Below, piece by piece: positions 29,562-39,384 of a DNA stretch of 64,000 nucleotides; the stretch's first letter is position 1; each line of letters begins with the position of its first letter. The notes under the pieces are model-generated. The model worked only from the letters and a program-made list of their open reading frames with translations. It was not told the DNA's origin and ran no database searches. Made by a program: the position numbers and the translations under genes. Source of the DNA: Patescibacteria group bacterium (GTDB lineage Bacteria > Patescibacteriota > Patescibacteriia > UBA9570). The stretch is taken from the NCBI GenBank assembly GCA_024277435.1, contig JAJRVJ010000024.1:276-64275 (forward strand), written 5' to 3'.

Positions 29562-30116
29562 CTAGAACAACCAGAGGAGGAAGTCCTTGAACTCCTCCCC
29601 CATCGACACCGTGCTCTCCGCGTGCCAGAAGCCCGCGGGGTAGCCGAACGTGAGGTAGAACCCGAGGATGACGCCGCACGTCATGACGACGTACCAGAAC
29701 CGGCGCATGCCGATCCCGTTCACGAGCTTCACGTTCTGCAAGAACACGAAGCTCAGCGACAGGCCGATGACGACCACCGTGAAGCGGGCGTCCATCAGCC
29801 GGGCCGGAGCGTTCGGCGCGATCCAGTCCACCGGGCCAGACATAACGTCCAGCCCCCAGGCGAACAGGAACCACAGCACCGAAAAGATCGGCGCTGCGAT
29901 AATCACCGAGATCACCGCCCAGGCCAGCCGCTTGCCGAATCCCGGCAACTTCGCCTTGGGGTTGTACTTGGCCAGGAGCGACTGCTCCTCAGGACTCGTC
30001 TCCAGCTTCTGGCCGGTGACGACCCTCACCACCACCATGGTGGCGATGAGGCCAAGAGCCAGGAGCGCAGCGATGAAGCTACCGGCGATGATCCAGTTCA
30101 GGGTTGTGGTAGGCAT
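29562..30116 (-). CDS. GC-rich island gene: polytopic membrane protein (hypothetical)
   Basis: GGAG plus ATG at 30116 (MPTTTLNWIIAG...). About 5 TM helices, Trp-rich. Visibly much higher GC than the surrounding genes. Confidence 0.5.
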   Translation of the reverse strand: MPTTTLNWIIAGSFIAALLALGLIATMVVVRVVTGQKLETSPEEQSLLAKYNPKAKLPGFGKRLAWAVISVIIAAPIFSVLWFLFAWGLDVMSGPVDWIAPNAPARLMDARFTVVVIGLSLSFVFLQNVKLVNGIGMRRFWYVVMTCGVILGFYLTFGYPAGFWHAESTVSMGEEFKDFLLWLF

Positions 30117-30274
30117 TTTAAGCTCCGGTGAGTGATTGAGAGAAGAACAGAAAGTTAGTAGAGATGACCTCAATCCGCTGGCTCGTTGCCGTGCGGAGAA
30201 ATCTTTCTCTTTCATAAAGCGATGGGTCGCGGCGAGAGGAACGAATCCATCCTCGCCGCGACCCGGATTGGTGA

Positions 30275-31981
30275 CTACGGCCCACCGAAGGGACCGCCGC
30301 CACCGAAGCCAGCGCCAGCCGCCGCGCTAGCGATGGCAGGGTTGAGACCCATGCCACCAAGCGCGGTGATGACGTTGTCGATGCCGGCGTCACCCATGGC
30401 TAGCAACGTCGTAACGTTGGCCACCGCGCGAGCGATGGTAGCCTCGTCGATGTTGGCATCTCGGAGGCTCTGCACCATGTTGTGGATGTGGAACCGTCGG
30501 CTCAAGACATTCTTGTCCGCCTCGGAGGACGGCTCGGGGTCCTTCAGCCGGTTCTCGTCCCGCGGCACGTAGAGCCCGCAGCTCTCCGTCAACTGCGCCT
30601 CGAAGGCATTCAGCAACGGGAGAACACGAGCTTCCGCACGACGCGCCTGCATTTTCGGATGGCGCGAAGTGGCCGCCCGAAACTGACCAGGCTGAGCCAG
30701 CTCTGCGATCGGCATCATGGCCCCGACGAGGTCGAAGCCGACCACATGGCACAGGCCACCGGCCAATGCGTCCAACGCGTCGTCGAGGACTCGCACCCAG
30801 GATGGGTTGTTCCACATGAGGAACACGTTGATGACGCGCCAGTTGAATCCACCCTTGACGGTGACGTCAACCGTGCCGGCCATGTACGGCCCCTTCTCGT
30901 AGTCCCAGTCCGTGATGGGCTGGAGCAAGAAGTACTCGATGCCGAGGGCAGCGAGCGTGGGGCTGTGAGCCGCGAAGAACTCGAACATGGAGTCGTTCAA
31001 CGTCATGATCCGCGTGTAGAACGGGATGCCGGGGAAGGCGAACCCGGGGCCAACCCAGAGGTTCCGGTTAAGGAAGGGCCGGGGGTCAGCCCGGTTCTCC
31101 AGATCCACCTGCATCCAGGTCCAGACCTCCTCGAGGTTTCCGGTGATCGTCCACCACAGCCCAGGCCACAACGGCAAGGGCTCGTTAGGCAGCGGAACGC
31201 CGGTGAGGTTCGCGATGGCGTGGGAGGGGTTACCACCCGCGCCGAACATCTTGGCGACGCCGGGCTTGTCCACCGCGGCGTACCAGACGTTGCGATCCGC
31301 CATCCACATGTTGATCGAGATCCAGGTGAGGAGCACGACCAAGACGATTCCGACGGTAACGATGACCACTACGCCCTGCATCACCACGCTGAACCAGCCA
31401 CTGAGGCTGGTCTGTGCCCAACCAACACCCTGCAATCCCCACCAAAGGAGAACGCCCGCCACAGCGGAGCGCAAGCCCCAGTAGAAGGCGCCGGGCCGCA
31501 CCACGAAGTGGACGAACCGGCTGGCGAGGATGTAGCCGAACATGATGGCGGCCAGGATGAGCCACGTCTTCCCAGCCATGGCCGGGTCGTAGATGGCTCC
31601 AGCCTTCACGGGCAGCACGTGGATGAGCTTCATCATCCAGTGGTCCGCGCCCCAAGGAAGCGTCTTCGGCTTCACGAAGGGGAGGAAGTAGATGAAGGTG
31701 ATCGCCATGCCCTGCAAGAGGGCGACGGGGCTCCACGGCTGGCCGACGACGAGCGTGTTATCACGCCGGCGGGTGAAGTAACCGGTGAGCGCCCAAACAG
31801 CCGCGGCCATGAGGGCCGGGACGAAATGATCCATGTTGATGGGGTTGGGGTTGGGGTTAGAAAAGTTGAGGCTGTCGATCACGTCCTTGGCGAAGAACGC
31901 CAGGACGAAGATCCAGATAAGATTGAGGAAGGACATGAAACGCCGGAAGTTTCCGAAGTGCATTAGAATCTCCTGATGCAC
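30275..31981 (-). CDS. GC-rich island gene: 568-aa polytopic membrane protein with a soluble C-terminal domain and Gly-rich tail (hypothetical)
   Basis: A 1.7-kb open frame in GC-rich DNA. Seven or more N-terminal TM helices, a Trp-rich soluble region, and a tail ending ...AGAGFGGGGPFGGP. No family recognised. Confidence 0.55.
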   Translation of the reverse strand: MHQEILMHFGNFRRFMSFLNLIWIFVLAFFAKDVIDSLNFSNPNPNPINMDHFVPALMAAAVWALTGYFTRRRDNTLVVGQPWSPVALLQGMAITFIYFLPFVKPKTLPWGADHWMMKLIHVLPVKAGAIYDPAMAGKTWLILAAIMFGYILASRFVHFVVRPGAFYWGLRSAVAGVLLWWGLQGVGWAQTSLSGWFSVVMQGVVVIVTVGIVLVVLLTWISINMWMADRNVWYAAVDKPGVAKMFGAGGNPSHAIANLTGVPLPNEPLPLWPGLWWTITGNLEEVWTWMQVDLENRADPRPFLNRNLWVGPGFAFPGIPFYTRIMTLNDSMFEFFAAHSPTLAALGIEYFLLQPITDWDYEKGPYMAGTVDVTVKGGFNWRVINVFLMWNNPSWVRVLDDALDALAGGLCHVVGFDLVGAMMPIAELAQPGQFRAATSRHPKMQARRAEARVLPLLNAFEAQLTESCGLYVPRDENRLKDPEPSSEADKNVLSRRFHIHNMVQSLRDANIDEATIARAVANVTTLLAMGDAGIDNVITALGGMGLNPAIASAAAGAGFGGGGPFGGP

Positions 31982-32602
31982 GAGAACTTTTTGGGTAAAC
32001 CCAGGATAGTAAATTTCCCCGAACCAACGCTTCCGCGCCAGCCCGGTTAACTACCCCTCGATCTTGTTGACCTACCCACCACTGGGCAAGAGTCATAATT
32101 TTCCATTGCACCCTTGCGGATGGTAGGCAGATCGATGTATGGGGCCTAATAAAACCACATGCATCGATCTGCCTGTTATAGGTAACAGATCTATTGTTAT
32201 TTCGTATGTAAGTTGTCAAAGATCACCCGTACTACAATTCCGTCCATTACTGCGCGTCCCCCGTAGGGGATCAATTGCTTGTAGAGGTACAAACGTTTTG
32301 CGCCTCTACTTCAATTGATACATTAATTATACGCTGGCTATTTGGTACTATATATATGTGTTTGGTGTATATTTGAAAGAGTGCATTCCTTCAAATAACA
32401 CCTGTTGATTATACGCCGCTCTGTTATTACCTTCGATAGCTATACAGTGCATAACGTATATATTGCATCATCAATAAGATGACTAATCAGTTTAGACCTA
32501 GTAGCTCAAACCCACAATATATAAAAGGTGCACAACTGAAAAGTAAAACATTATAATTAAAAAATAACTATTTGTCAATAATCTCTATCACAATCAATAT
32601 TA

Positions 32603-32640
32603 CAAAACTCCCTAGATTTTATACCTAGGGAGTTTTGCGC
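32603..32640 (-). terminator. candidate intrinsic terminator downstream of lgt
   Basis: Perfect 12-bp inverted repeat aaaactccctag / ctagggagtttt with a 9-nt loop, 18 bp after the lgt stop. The U-tract is partly inside the stem. Confidence 0.45.
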
Positions 32641-32657
32641 CAAAGATTATGCTAAAA

Positions 32658-33428
32658 TCAGCTCTTTTTCAGCAATTTACGAATATTCGAGCGCTGACCA
32701 AATAATACAATACTACCAATAATCATCAATATTGCAGACCATTGCGCTGCCGTTAACCCATAAAACGTAGCATCTAATATACGAGAAAAATCAGCTATTA
32801 AGCGAAAAATACCATACCACAGCAAAAATATAATGCTAAAAAATGGTGGCTTTGGCGTATATTTTTTCTTTAAAAACATGAATACTGAAAACATCGCCAA
32901 GCCATTAAGCGATAAATACAAGCCATGATTATGGCGAATTAATCCATCTAAATGATACTCTTCACCAAGTATAAAATCAGTTTCTATTCCAGGATGATCA
33001 AATATAAAGAAACATCCTAAGCGGCCAATAAATAATCCCAACGGCAAGTACATTACAATTACTTCTGCATAGCGCCAGAATGACAAACCTTTTTTCTTCA
33101 AATAAATATACGCTGCTAATACAGCGCCAATAAACCCACCAGTAATAGACATGCCACCCTCCCAAACACGAAGCACTCCTAGCCAGTCACCAATATATAA
33201 TTGCAACTCGGTAATCACAAAATACAATCGTGCACCAATTAATGCTCCTAAGATAATCCAAAACGCAACATCAAATACTACCTCTCCATTCAACTTTTGA
33301 CGGACTGCTTCTTTTTTAGAAAACACTAATGCCGTAACAATTCCTGCTGCCACGAATAACCCCCACACCTGCAGCGTAACAAAACCTAATGGAATTTCAG
33401 ACCAATAAATATCTGGGATCATACTCAA
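32658..33428 (-). CDS. lgt: prolipoprotein diacylglyceryl transferase
   Basis: Seven-TM Lgt profile: ...GLFVAAGIV..., GARLYFV and the FIGRLGCF region. ATGA-type overlap with the upstream DsbA-like gene. Confidence 0.8.
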   Translation of the reverse strand: MSMIPDIYWSEIPLGFVTLQVWGLFVAAGIVTALVFSKKEAVRQKLNGEVVFDVAFWIILGALIGARLYFVITELQLYIGDWLGVLRVWEGGMSITGGFIGAVLAAYIYLKKKGLSFWRYAEVIVMYLPLGLFIGRLGCFFIFDHPGIETDFILGEEYHLDGLIRHNHGLYLSLNGLAMFSVFMFLKKKYTPKPPFFSIIFLLWYGIFRLIADFSRILDATFYGLTAAQWSAILMIIGSIVLFGQRSNIRKLLKKS

Positions 33429-34195
33429 TTAACAATTATACTTTCTAAATATTCAGTGTTTACATAACCATCAATCAATTCAAGTTCTTCGCCTTCGCGC
33501 CAAATAACTAAGTTCGGTTGGCTCGTAATTCCCAACTCTAACGCTTCAGCTACATCATTCTCAACGCGCTGTTCTATTGTTGGATTATCTAAACAAGCAC
33601 CAAACACATCTATGTCTAACTCTAGTTCCGTTGCGATATCTAAATATACTGCTGTACTTAACTCTGATTGTTTTTCAAATAGTTTATCGCTATATTCCAA
33701 GAACGTATCTTGCTCCCCCGCACACTCGGCAGCAATAGCCGCTGATTTTGCTTGCGGATGAATTTGTGTAAGTGGATAATGTTTAACAATATAACGCACT
33801 GTATCATTGCGCGTAGCTACAAACTCTCGCAATGTAGGAAAAAATTTCTTACAGAATAAACATTCATAATCAACATAGCGCACTAACGTTACAGAATAGT
33901 CTTCAACTGCTCCTGAAATATGTGTATCATCTGTAATGGTAATATCCCCTTCCGTTGTTTGCGTAAGTGTACTTCTTGGTTCTTCCAATAAATCGTGTGA
34001 GCTTTCTAATGGCGTTACTTCAAGTGGTTGAATATCTGCACCAGATAATGTATATGAAAAAAATGCTATTCCACTCATCGTCATGATACTAATTCCGGCA
34101 ACCACACCTATCACAAATGTAAGTCGTGGATTTGTATGCTCTGAAAAATACAGTTCTTCCACGCCATCCTGTATATTATCCTTATTCCTATCCAT
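33425..34195 (-). CDS. membrane-anchored DsbA/BdbD-like thiol:disulfide oxidoreductase (paralog 1)
   Basis: N-terminal TM helix, then a thioredoxin fold with active site YECLFCKKF (CxxC) and a DsbA-like helical insert. Confidence 0.75.
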   Translation of the reverse strand: MDRNKDNIQDGVEELYFSEHTNPRLTFVIGVVAGISIMTMSGIAFFSYTLSGADIQPLEVTPLESSHDLLEEPRSTLTQTTEGDITITDDTHISGAVEDYSVTLVRYVDYECLFCKKFFPTLREFVATRNDTVRYIVKHYPLTQIHPQAKSAAIAAECAGEQDTFLEYSDKLFEKQSELSTAVYLDIATELELDIDVFGACLDNPTIEQRVENDVAEALELGITSQPNLVIWREGEELELIDGYVNTEYLESIIVN

Positions 34196-34201
34196 GATGC
34201 A

Positions 34202-34558
34202 CTAACGTAACTTATCTCTATCTAGTGGGCGTAAACGAATAAGTTCACGATTTAAGAAATAACTTAACACCGTTCGGATAACAACCAACATACCTAATAA
34301 ACCAATTTCATAATAATCTGGAACAACAATGGTTTGAATAAGATCAGCTGCGATAAAAAATTCTAAACCAAGCACAATATTTCTACCAAATTCTAAACGA
34401 ATATGATCAACGTTTAAGCCGCGCCCTTTATGGGCTTTACCAAACATCTCTAATACAAAATGAAAGGTTGAAAATGTAGCGCCATATATAACAATGGCTG
34501 CACCAATAAAGCCGAGTATTAAGGCCATTACATCAATAAGTTGGGCTAAAATTTGCAT
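34202..34558 (-). CDS. DUF1622-family small membrane protein
   Basis: 118 aa with 3 TM helices. RLEFGRNIVLGLEFFIAADLIQTI matches the conserved DUF1622 core. Confidence 0.5.
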   Translation of the reverse strand: MQILAQLIDVMALILGFIGAAIVIYGATFSTFHFVLEMFGKAHKGRGLNVDHIRLEFGRNIVLGLEFFIAADLIQTIVVPDYYEIGLLGMLVVIRTVLSYFLNRELIRLRPLDRDKLR

Positions 34559-34594
34559 ATACTGAGTATATAGGAAATATCCTATTGATTCAAC

Positions 34595-35779
34595 CTAATT
34601 ATTCAATAGCTCAGGCCACACCTTTTCTAAACGCTCAATTGCCTCTTCAATACGATCGACCGGATTATTGGCAAATGATAATCGAATATATCCCTCACCA
34701 AATCTACCAAATGACGTACCAGGTAATACAGCAATATTCGCTTTATCAAAGCAAAAATCATATATTTCCTGACTACTACGTCCGGTGCCAGTAATATCTG
34801 GGAATAAATAAATTGCTGCCGATGGTAAATGACACGCTACTCCATCTAAATTTTCTAATCCTGCATACAATACATCCCGGCGCTTTTTAAACTCTTCGCG
34901 CATCTTCGCCACTTCTTCATCTACCGCTGGATTATTAATTGCTTCTAAGGCCCCCCACTGCGTAAAGTTTGGTGCGCACGATACAGAATTATTCATAAGG
35001 TTCGCTATCACATCTGCCATCTCTGTATTAGGGCATAAGCCATACCCCACACGCCACCCACTCATTGAATAGGTTTTGGTATAGGCATCAAGTACGATGG
35101 TACGCTCCCGAGCATCGGGAATAGATAAAATACTTTCAAACTCACCTTCAAATACTAAGTCAGAATATACTTCGTCAGAAAAAATCCACGCATCATGTTT
35201 CTTAGCTACCTCCGTAATAGCCTCCAACGACTCATGCGTAAGTACGCCGCCAGTTGGATTTTGTGGTGAATTTACAATAATCAGTTTTGTTTTATCATTT
35301 GCAAGCTGCTTGAGTTCTTCAATATCAAAATTAAAGCCGCTCTCCCCTTTCATTTCCAATGGCACAGCCTTAGCACCAACAAATTCAATAACAGATTCAT
35401 AGGTTGGAAAACCTGGATTCGGATAAATCACCTCATCACCAGGATTCACTGTTGCGAGAATTGTGTAAAAAATCATTGGCTTACCACCCGGTGTAATAAC
35501 CATCTCTTCGGGTTTAGCATCAACATTACGAGATTTCGACATTTTCTCTGCCAAAGCTTCGCGTAATTCCCGTAAACCAGCTGATGGCAAATACTTGGTT
35601 TTATTTTCACGTAACGCCTTAATAGCTCCCTCTGTAATAGCTTGCGGCGTAGAAAAATCGGTATCACCAATTTCCATGTGAATCATGTCACGTCCGGCAC
35701 GTTCAGCTTCTTTAGCACGAGCTAATACGTGAAAAGCTTGTTCGGTACCTAGGCGAGAAATGCGATCTGCAAATTTCAT
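34595..35779 (-). CDS. class I/II pyridoxal-phosphate aminotransferase (aspartate aminotransferase-like)
   Basis: NPQNPTG, the PLP-lysine region YTKTYSMSGWRVGY, and LPGTSFG, as in AspAT-family enzymes. Confidence 0.85.
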   Translation of the reverse strand: MKFADRISRLGTEQAFHVLARAKEAERAGRDMIHMEIGDTDFSTPQAITEGAIKALRENKTKYLPSAGLRELREALAEKMSKSRNVDAKPEEMVITPGGKPMIFYTILATVNPGDEVIYPNPGFPTYESVIEFVGAKAVPLEMKGESGFNFDIEELKQLANDKTKLIIVNSPQNPTGGVLTHESLEAITEVAKKHDAWIFSDEVYSDLVFEGEFESILSIPDARERTIVLDAYTKTYSMSGWRVGYGLCPNTEMADVIANLMNNSVSCAPNFTQWGALEAINNPAVDEEVAKMREEFKKRRDVLYAGLENLDGVACHLPSAAIYLFPDITGTGRSSQEIYDFCFDKANIAVLPGTSFGRFGEGYIRLSFANNPVDRIEEAIERLEKVWPELLNN

Positions 35780-35828
35780 AATGTAAATAAATGATGTCTA
35801 TTAAAACTGGATATATTATAGCACTTCA

Positions 35829-37148
35829 TTAACGTACTAACAACATTATTATGTCCCCAACATTTGTGCCAGTTGGCCCTGTGTATAATAAGCAACCTAA
35901 TTGCTGTAAACAATGATATGAATTGTTAGAATATAAATATTCATGATAATTAATTCCATCAACAACACACTGTTCCGCTACACCACCATCTGCTATAGCA
36001 CCCGCTACTGGCGTAGGGGTAACGCCATCAACACCATCTGTGGCTAGAGATAATATAGTCATTCGCTTATTCAATAATGGAACCGCTGCTAATACAAGCT
36101 CCTGATTACGTCCGCCAGATCCATTACCTAATACCGTAACGGTAGTTTCTCCTCCAGCAATAATAATGGCCGGTTTTTTAACTGGACGGTTATGATCATA
36201 CACCTCCTGCGCAATCGACGTTAACACTTGCGCAACATCCTTAGCTTCCCCACGAATGGTTGATGTAAGCAATAATGGATTCAATTTATGCTGCTTGGCA
36301 GCATAAGAAATTTCTTCCAATGCAATATGATTATTCCCTACAATATAATTATGAACTTGCTTAGAATCTAACCGCTTTGGTGTCTCATGCTCGCTAATAA
36401 TTTTCTTAATTTTCTTTGAACCAACCTTATACCGCTCCAACACTTCTAATGCATCAGCTCGGGCAGAAGAATCCATCACAGTAGGCCCCGATGCTATTAC
36501 ATCTAGCGCATCACCTAGCACATCGGACATAATTAAGCTTACCACAGTAGCTGGAGCAGCCGCCTCAGCCAATCGACCACCTTTGATGGCAGAAATATGC
36601 TTGCGTACAGCATTAAGTTCAAAAATATCAGCTGACCGTTTCATTAAGCGCTCGGTAAGACTCGCCTTCTCTTGTAACGTAATGCCTTGTATTGGTAATG
36701 GTAATAAACTCGATCCACCGCCACTCATAAGGCAAATTACTAAATCATCGCTCGTTGCAGTTTGTACAAGCTCTACTATATTATTCGCTCCACGTACACC
36801 GGAGGCATTCGGATACGGATGACTAGCTTTATTTACAATAATACTACCGATCTTTTTTTTCGGAACAGCGGGCACATTAATATAGCCAGCAGTAATTCGG
36901 CTACCCAATAACTCATGCAACGCCACTGCCATTCCGTAGCTGGCCTTACCCGCGCCAACAACATAGATGTTTTTATAATTACTCAAATTATATGCATCAC
37001 CTTGTACGGTAAGGACATTACGCTTTAATTGAACAGCCTTCTTAATAAGTTGATCTGGCTGAATGCACTTCAATACAGATTCAGCAATGTCGATAAGAAT
37101 ACGACCATGTGTAAACTGCTTATATAAATTGGCCTTATTTTTTAACAC
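35829..37148 (-). CDS. glycerate 2-kinase (MOFRL family)
   Basis: ...YVVGAGKASYGMA..., ...CLMSGGGSSLL... and the C-terminal MOFRL domain, typical of GckA/TtuD-type glycerate kinases. Confidence 0.75.
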   Translation of the reverse strand: MLKNKANLYKQFTHGRILIDIAESVLKCIQPDQLIKKAVQLKRNVLTVQGDAYNLSNYKNIYVVGAGKASYGMAVALHELLGSRITAGYINVPAVPKKKIGSIIVNKASHPYPNASGVRGANNIVELVQTATSDDLVICLMSGGGSSLLPLPIQGITLQEKASLTERLMKRSADIFELNAVRKHISAIKGGRLAEAAAPATVVSLIMSDVLGDALDVIASGPTVMDSSARADALEVLERYKVGSKKIKKIISEHETPKRLDSKQVHNYIVGNNHIALEEISYAAKQHKLNPLLLTSTIRGEAKDVAQVLTSIAQEVYDHNRPVKKPAIIIAGGETTVTVLGNGSGGRNQELVLAAVPLLNKRMTILSLATDGVDGVTPTPVAGAIADGGVAEQCVVDGINYHEYLYSNNSYHCLQQLGCLLYTGPTGTNVGDIIMLLVR

Positions 37149-38142
37149 GATCTAATACATCAGGATTAACTAATGTTGGAAGTTCTTTATTTTGAATATA
37201 TGCCAGTACATTACCACCAGATAACTTTGCCATAGCTGTTCGCGTTTCTTTAGTGGCGGAACCAATATGCGGAACCAACACAGCGTTGTTAAGCTTTGCT
37301 AGACCTGGGGCCATCTTTGGTTCATTTTCATACACATCAAGAGCCGCTCCTGCAATGGACTTCTTACGCAATGCTACTACGAGAGCTTTTTCATCAATAA
37401 CAGGTCCTCGAGAAGTATTGATAAGAAACGCATCTTTATTCATCATGTTCAATTCCTTCTTACCAATCATATGATGTGTACTATCATTAAGTGGTACATG
37501 TAAGGTTACAAAATCTGCTTGCTGTAATAGTGTTGGTAAAGATACCCTTCGGGCATGTAATGAACTTTCTAATTCCCTTACAACCTGATGTGTATAATAA
37601 ATCACATTCATACCAAATCCATGATAGGCAATTTCTGCCACACGCGAACCAATATGTCCTAAACCAATCACACCAAGGGTTTTGCCAGTAACCTGACTTC
37701 CTATGTACATCATTGGTCCCCAGCCAGGATATTTACCTGCACGCATAATACCTTCCGTTTCTACAACTCGGCGTGCAATCGTAAGAATCAGCGTCATGGC
37801 TAATTCCGCTGTTGTATCAGTGAGAACACCAGGGGTATTGGTAACCATAATCCCCCGCTCGGTTGCAGCATCTATATCAATATTATTAAAACCAGCTCCA
37901 TAGTTGGCAATTAATTTGAGCTTAGGAGCAGCATCCATTACCTTGGCATCAATTTTATCAGTAAGAATTGGTAATAGTATTTCAGCGTCCTTTACTCCTG
38001 CTAATAATTCCTTGCGCGTAATCCAAGAATCGGTTTTGCGCAAACGCACATTTGCCAACGCTTTAAACATATCAATACCTTCCTGTGGTATCGGGCGGGT
38101 GATAAATACTTTTGGTTTAATGCGCTTAATCTTCTTGGCCAT
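37135..38142 (-). CDS. D-isomer-specific 2-hydroxyacid dehydrogenase (glyoxylate/hydroxypyruvate reductase-like)
   Basis: NAD-binding GVIGLGHIGSRVA, plus the catalytic Arg/Glu/His region (...TSRGPVIDE...HIGSAT). Confidence 0.85.
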   Translation of the reverse strand: MAKKIKRIKPKVFITRPIPQEGIDMFKALANVRLRKTDSWITRKELLAGVKDAEILLPILTDKIDAKVMDAAPKLKLIANYGAGFNNIDIDAATERGIMVTNTPGVLTDTTAELAMTLILTIARRVVETEGIMRAGKYPGWGPMMYIGSQVTGKTLGVIGLGHIGSRVAEIAYHGFGMNVIYYTHQVVRELESSLHARRVSLPTLLQQADFVTLHVPLNDSTHHMIGKKELNMMNKDAFLINTSRGPVIDEKALVVALRKKSIAGAALDVYENEPKMAPGLAKLNNAVLVPHIGSATKETRTAMAKLSGGNVLAYIQNKELPTLVNPDVLDRVKK

Positions 38143-39382
38143 AGTGCTTGCTAATTAATAATTGTAAATTAATGGTTTTGTCTGCAAAATTATGAATAAT
38201 TGCCTCCTCAAGTATCGTTTCCGAAAAATAGGCATTAAAGATGCTATTCCATAAATCTTCTTTATAATGATACACTAAATTAATCTCTCGAGATAGGATA
38301 TTATCAGCAAAATTTAATGTTACCAACTCATCACCTACAAAGCTTGCAACATCTGTACTATTATTCCAAAAAGTGAACTGACTATAATCTGGGTGTTGTT
38401 GCAATAATGCAAAAAACGTTTTGCGGGCCTTATGCCAGTGCAGCACTTCCGGCATAACATGTGGCTGAAATACGCAAGGATTAGGATTAGGCTTCTTTAA
38501 ATGATACTGCTGCACAATCGGTAATACATCAACATTAGTAGAACATATATTTATATCCCCCCTTAATATTTCTATAAACACATTACCAAAATCATCATAG
38601 CGATGAATATTTCTCTGAAAAAATTCTGCATAGAATTTTACTTCATAGATATAATGTAAAATCATCATTACAAACACATGAAGATATTCCGAATGATTTA
38701 TTTGGTCTGGCGCTGGATAAGAAAACACCACGCCAACTTCCTTAAGATGACTAAAATGATGTTTTTTCTTCTTAGCAAATGGCTCCGCTAATTTCCACCA
38801 CTTAGATGGATTAAGCATAAGGAATTTTACCTGGCGAATTTCAAATGAATCAGCTGTGAGCGAACCATAATTCCGTAAATACCGCTCCATCCACTCTTCT
38901 GTTTCTGCAAAACGCAGTGCCGCCATAATTTCAAATACCGATTCTTTCTCCAAGCACTCATCTATTGATGCGTATCCAAGATGCTGCAACACAGTAGTTG
39001 GAGGAATAGCCCGCAAAAATGTATGTAGCACTTCTGGTTTTAAAAAATAACCGGTAGTAGTATCAGGAGGCACAATTTGCATTAACATGTGCGTGAGCGA
39101 CTGCCAACCCTCAGTAGTACCTAGACTAATACCAGTCAACAAATCGTTCGTAGCAATATTTAATTGCTGCACACAACGTTGTATTGCAGACTCCACTGCC
39201 TGCACTGTAAGATCCTTCGGCTTTAAGCTCTGTAAAGCTACATCCCACCGTTGAACATGTGATTCTACTAATTTTTCAAGCGTTCCCTTGTGCCCTGGAA
39301 TAGATTCAAGTCGTTCAATATACTCATCAAAATGCGTTGCGTCTAATTGAGCGCGTAATGTTTCAATGGCAGACAATGACAT
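38126..39382 (-). CDS. hypothetical soluble protein (418 aa)
   Basis: Long ORF in the operon context, with no motif I can assign. Confidence 0.4.
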   Translation of the reverse strand: MSLSAIETLRAQLDATHFDEYIERLESIPGHKGTLEKLVESHVQRWDVALQSLKPKDLTVQAVESAIQRCVQQLNIATNDLLTGISLGTTEGWQSLTHMLMQIVPPDTTTGYFLKPEVLHTFLRAIPPTTVLQHLGYASIDECLEKESVFEIMAALRFAETEEWMERYLRNYGSLTADSFEIRQVKFLMLNPSKWWKLAEPFAKKKKHHFSHLKEVGVVFSYPAPDQINHSEYLHVFVMMILHYIYEVKFYAEFFQRNIHRYDDFGNVFIEILRGDINICSTNVDVLPIVQQYHLKKPNPNPCVFQPHVMPEVLHWHKARKTFFALLQQHPDYSQFTFWNNSTDVASFVGDELVTLNFADNILSREINLVYHYKEDLWNSIFNAYFSETILEEAIIHNFADKTINLQLLISKHYGQED

Positions 39383-39384
39383 AA

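Noticed and set aside
29385-31966. Plus-strand ORFs across the GC island (29385-30131, 29668-30135, 30482-31966, 31026-31484) and the extra minus-strand ones (29512-29874, 30390-30815, 31230-31736)
   Set aside because: They are Arg/His/Pro/Gly-rich with no hydrophobic periodicity, the classic off-frame shadows of high-GC coding DNA. The minus-strand frames given in the features are the only ones that look like proteins.
29562-31981. Island membrane proteins as PmoC/PmoA/AmoB-type copper monooxygenase subunits or a GT-C glycosyltransferase
   Set aside because: No recognisable CuMMO motifs or subunit sizes. The GT-C idea (N-terminal polytopic domain plus soluble C-terminal domain) is only architectural. 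It is left as hypothetical.
29380-32100. GC-rich island as an rRNA fragment or non-coding contaminant
   Set aside because: It contains an uninterrupted 568-codon frame with a coherent TM-helix pattern, and a second 184-codon frame with SD plus ATG. Chance open frames of that length are implausible even at high GC.
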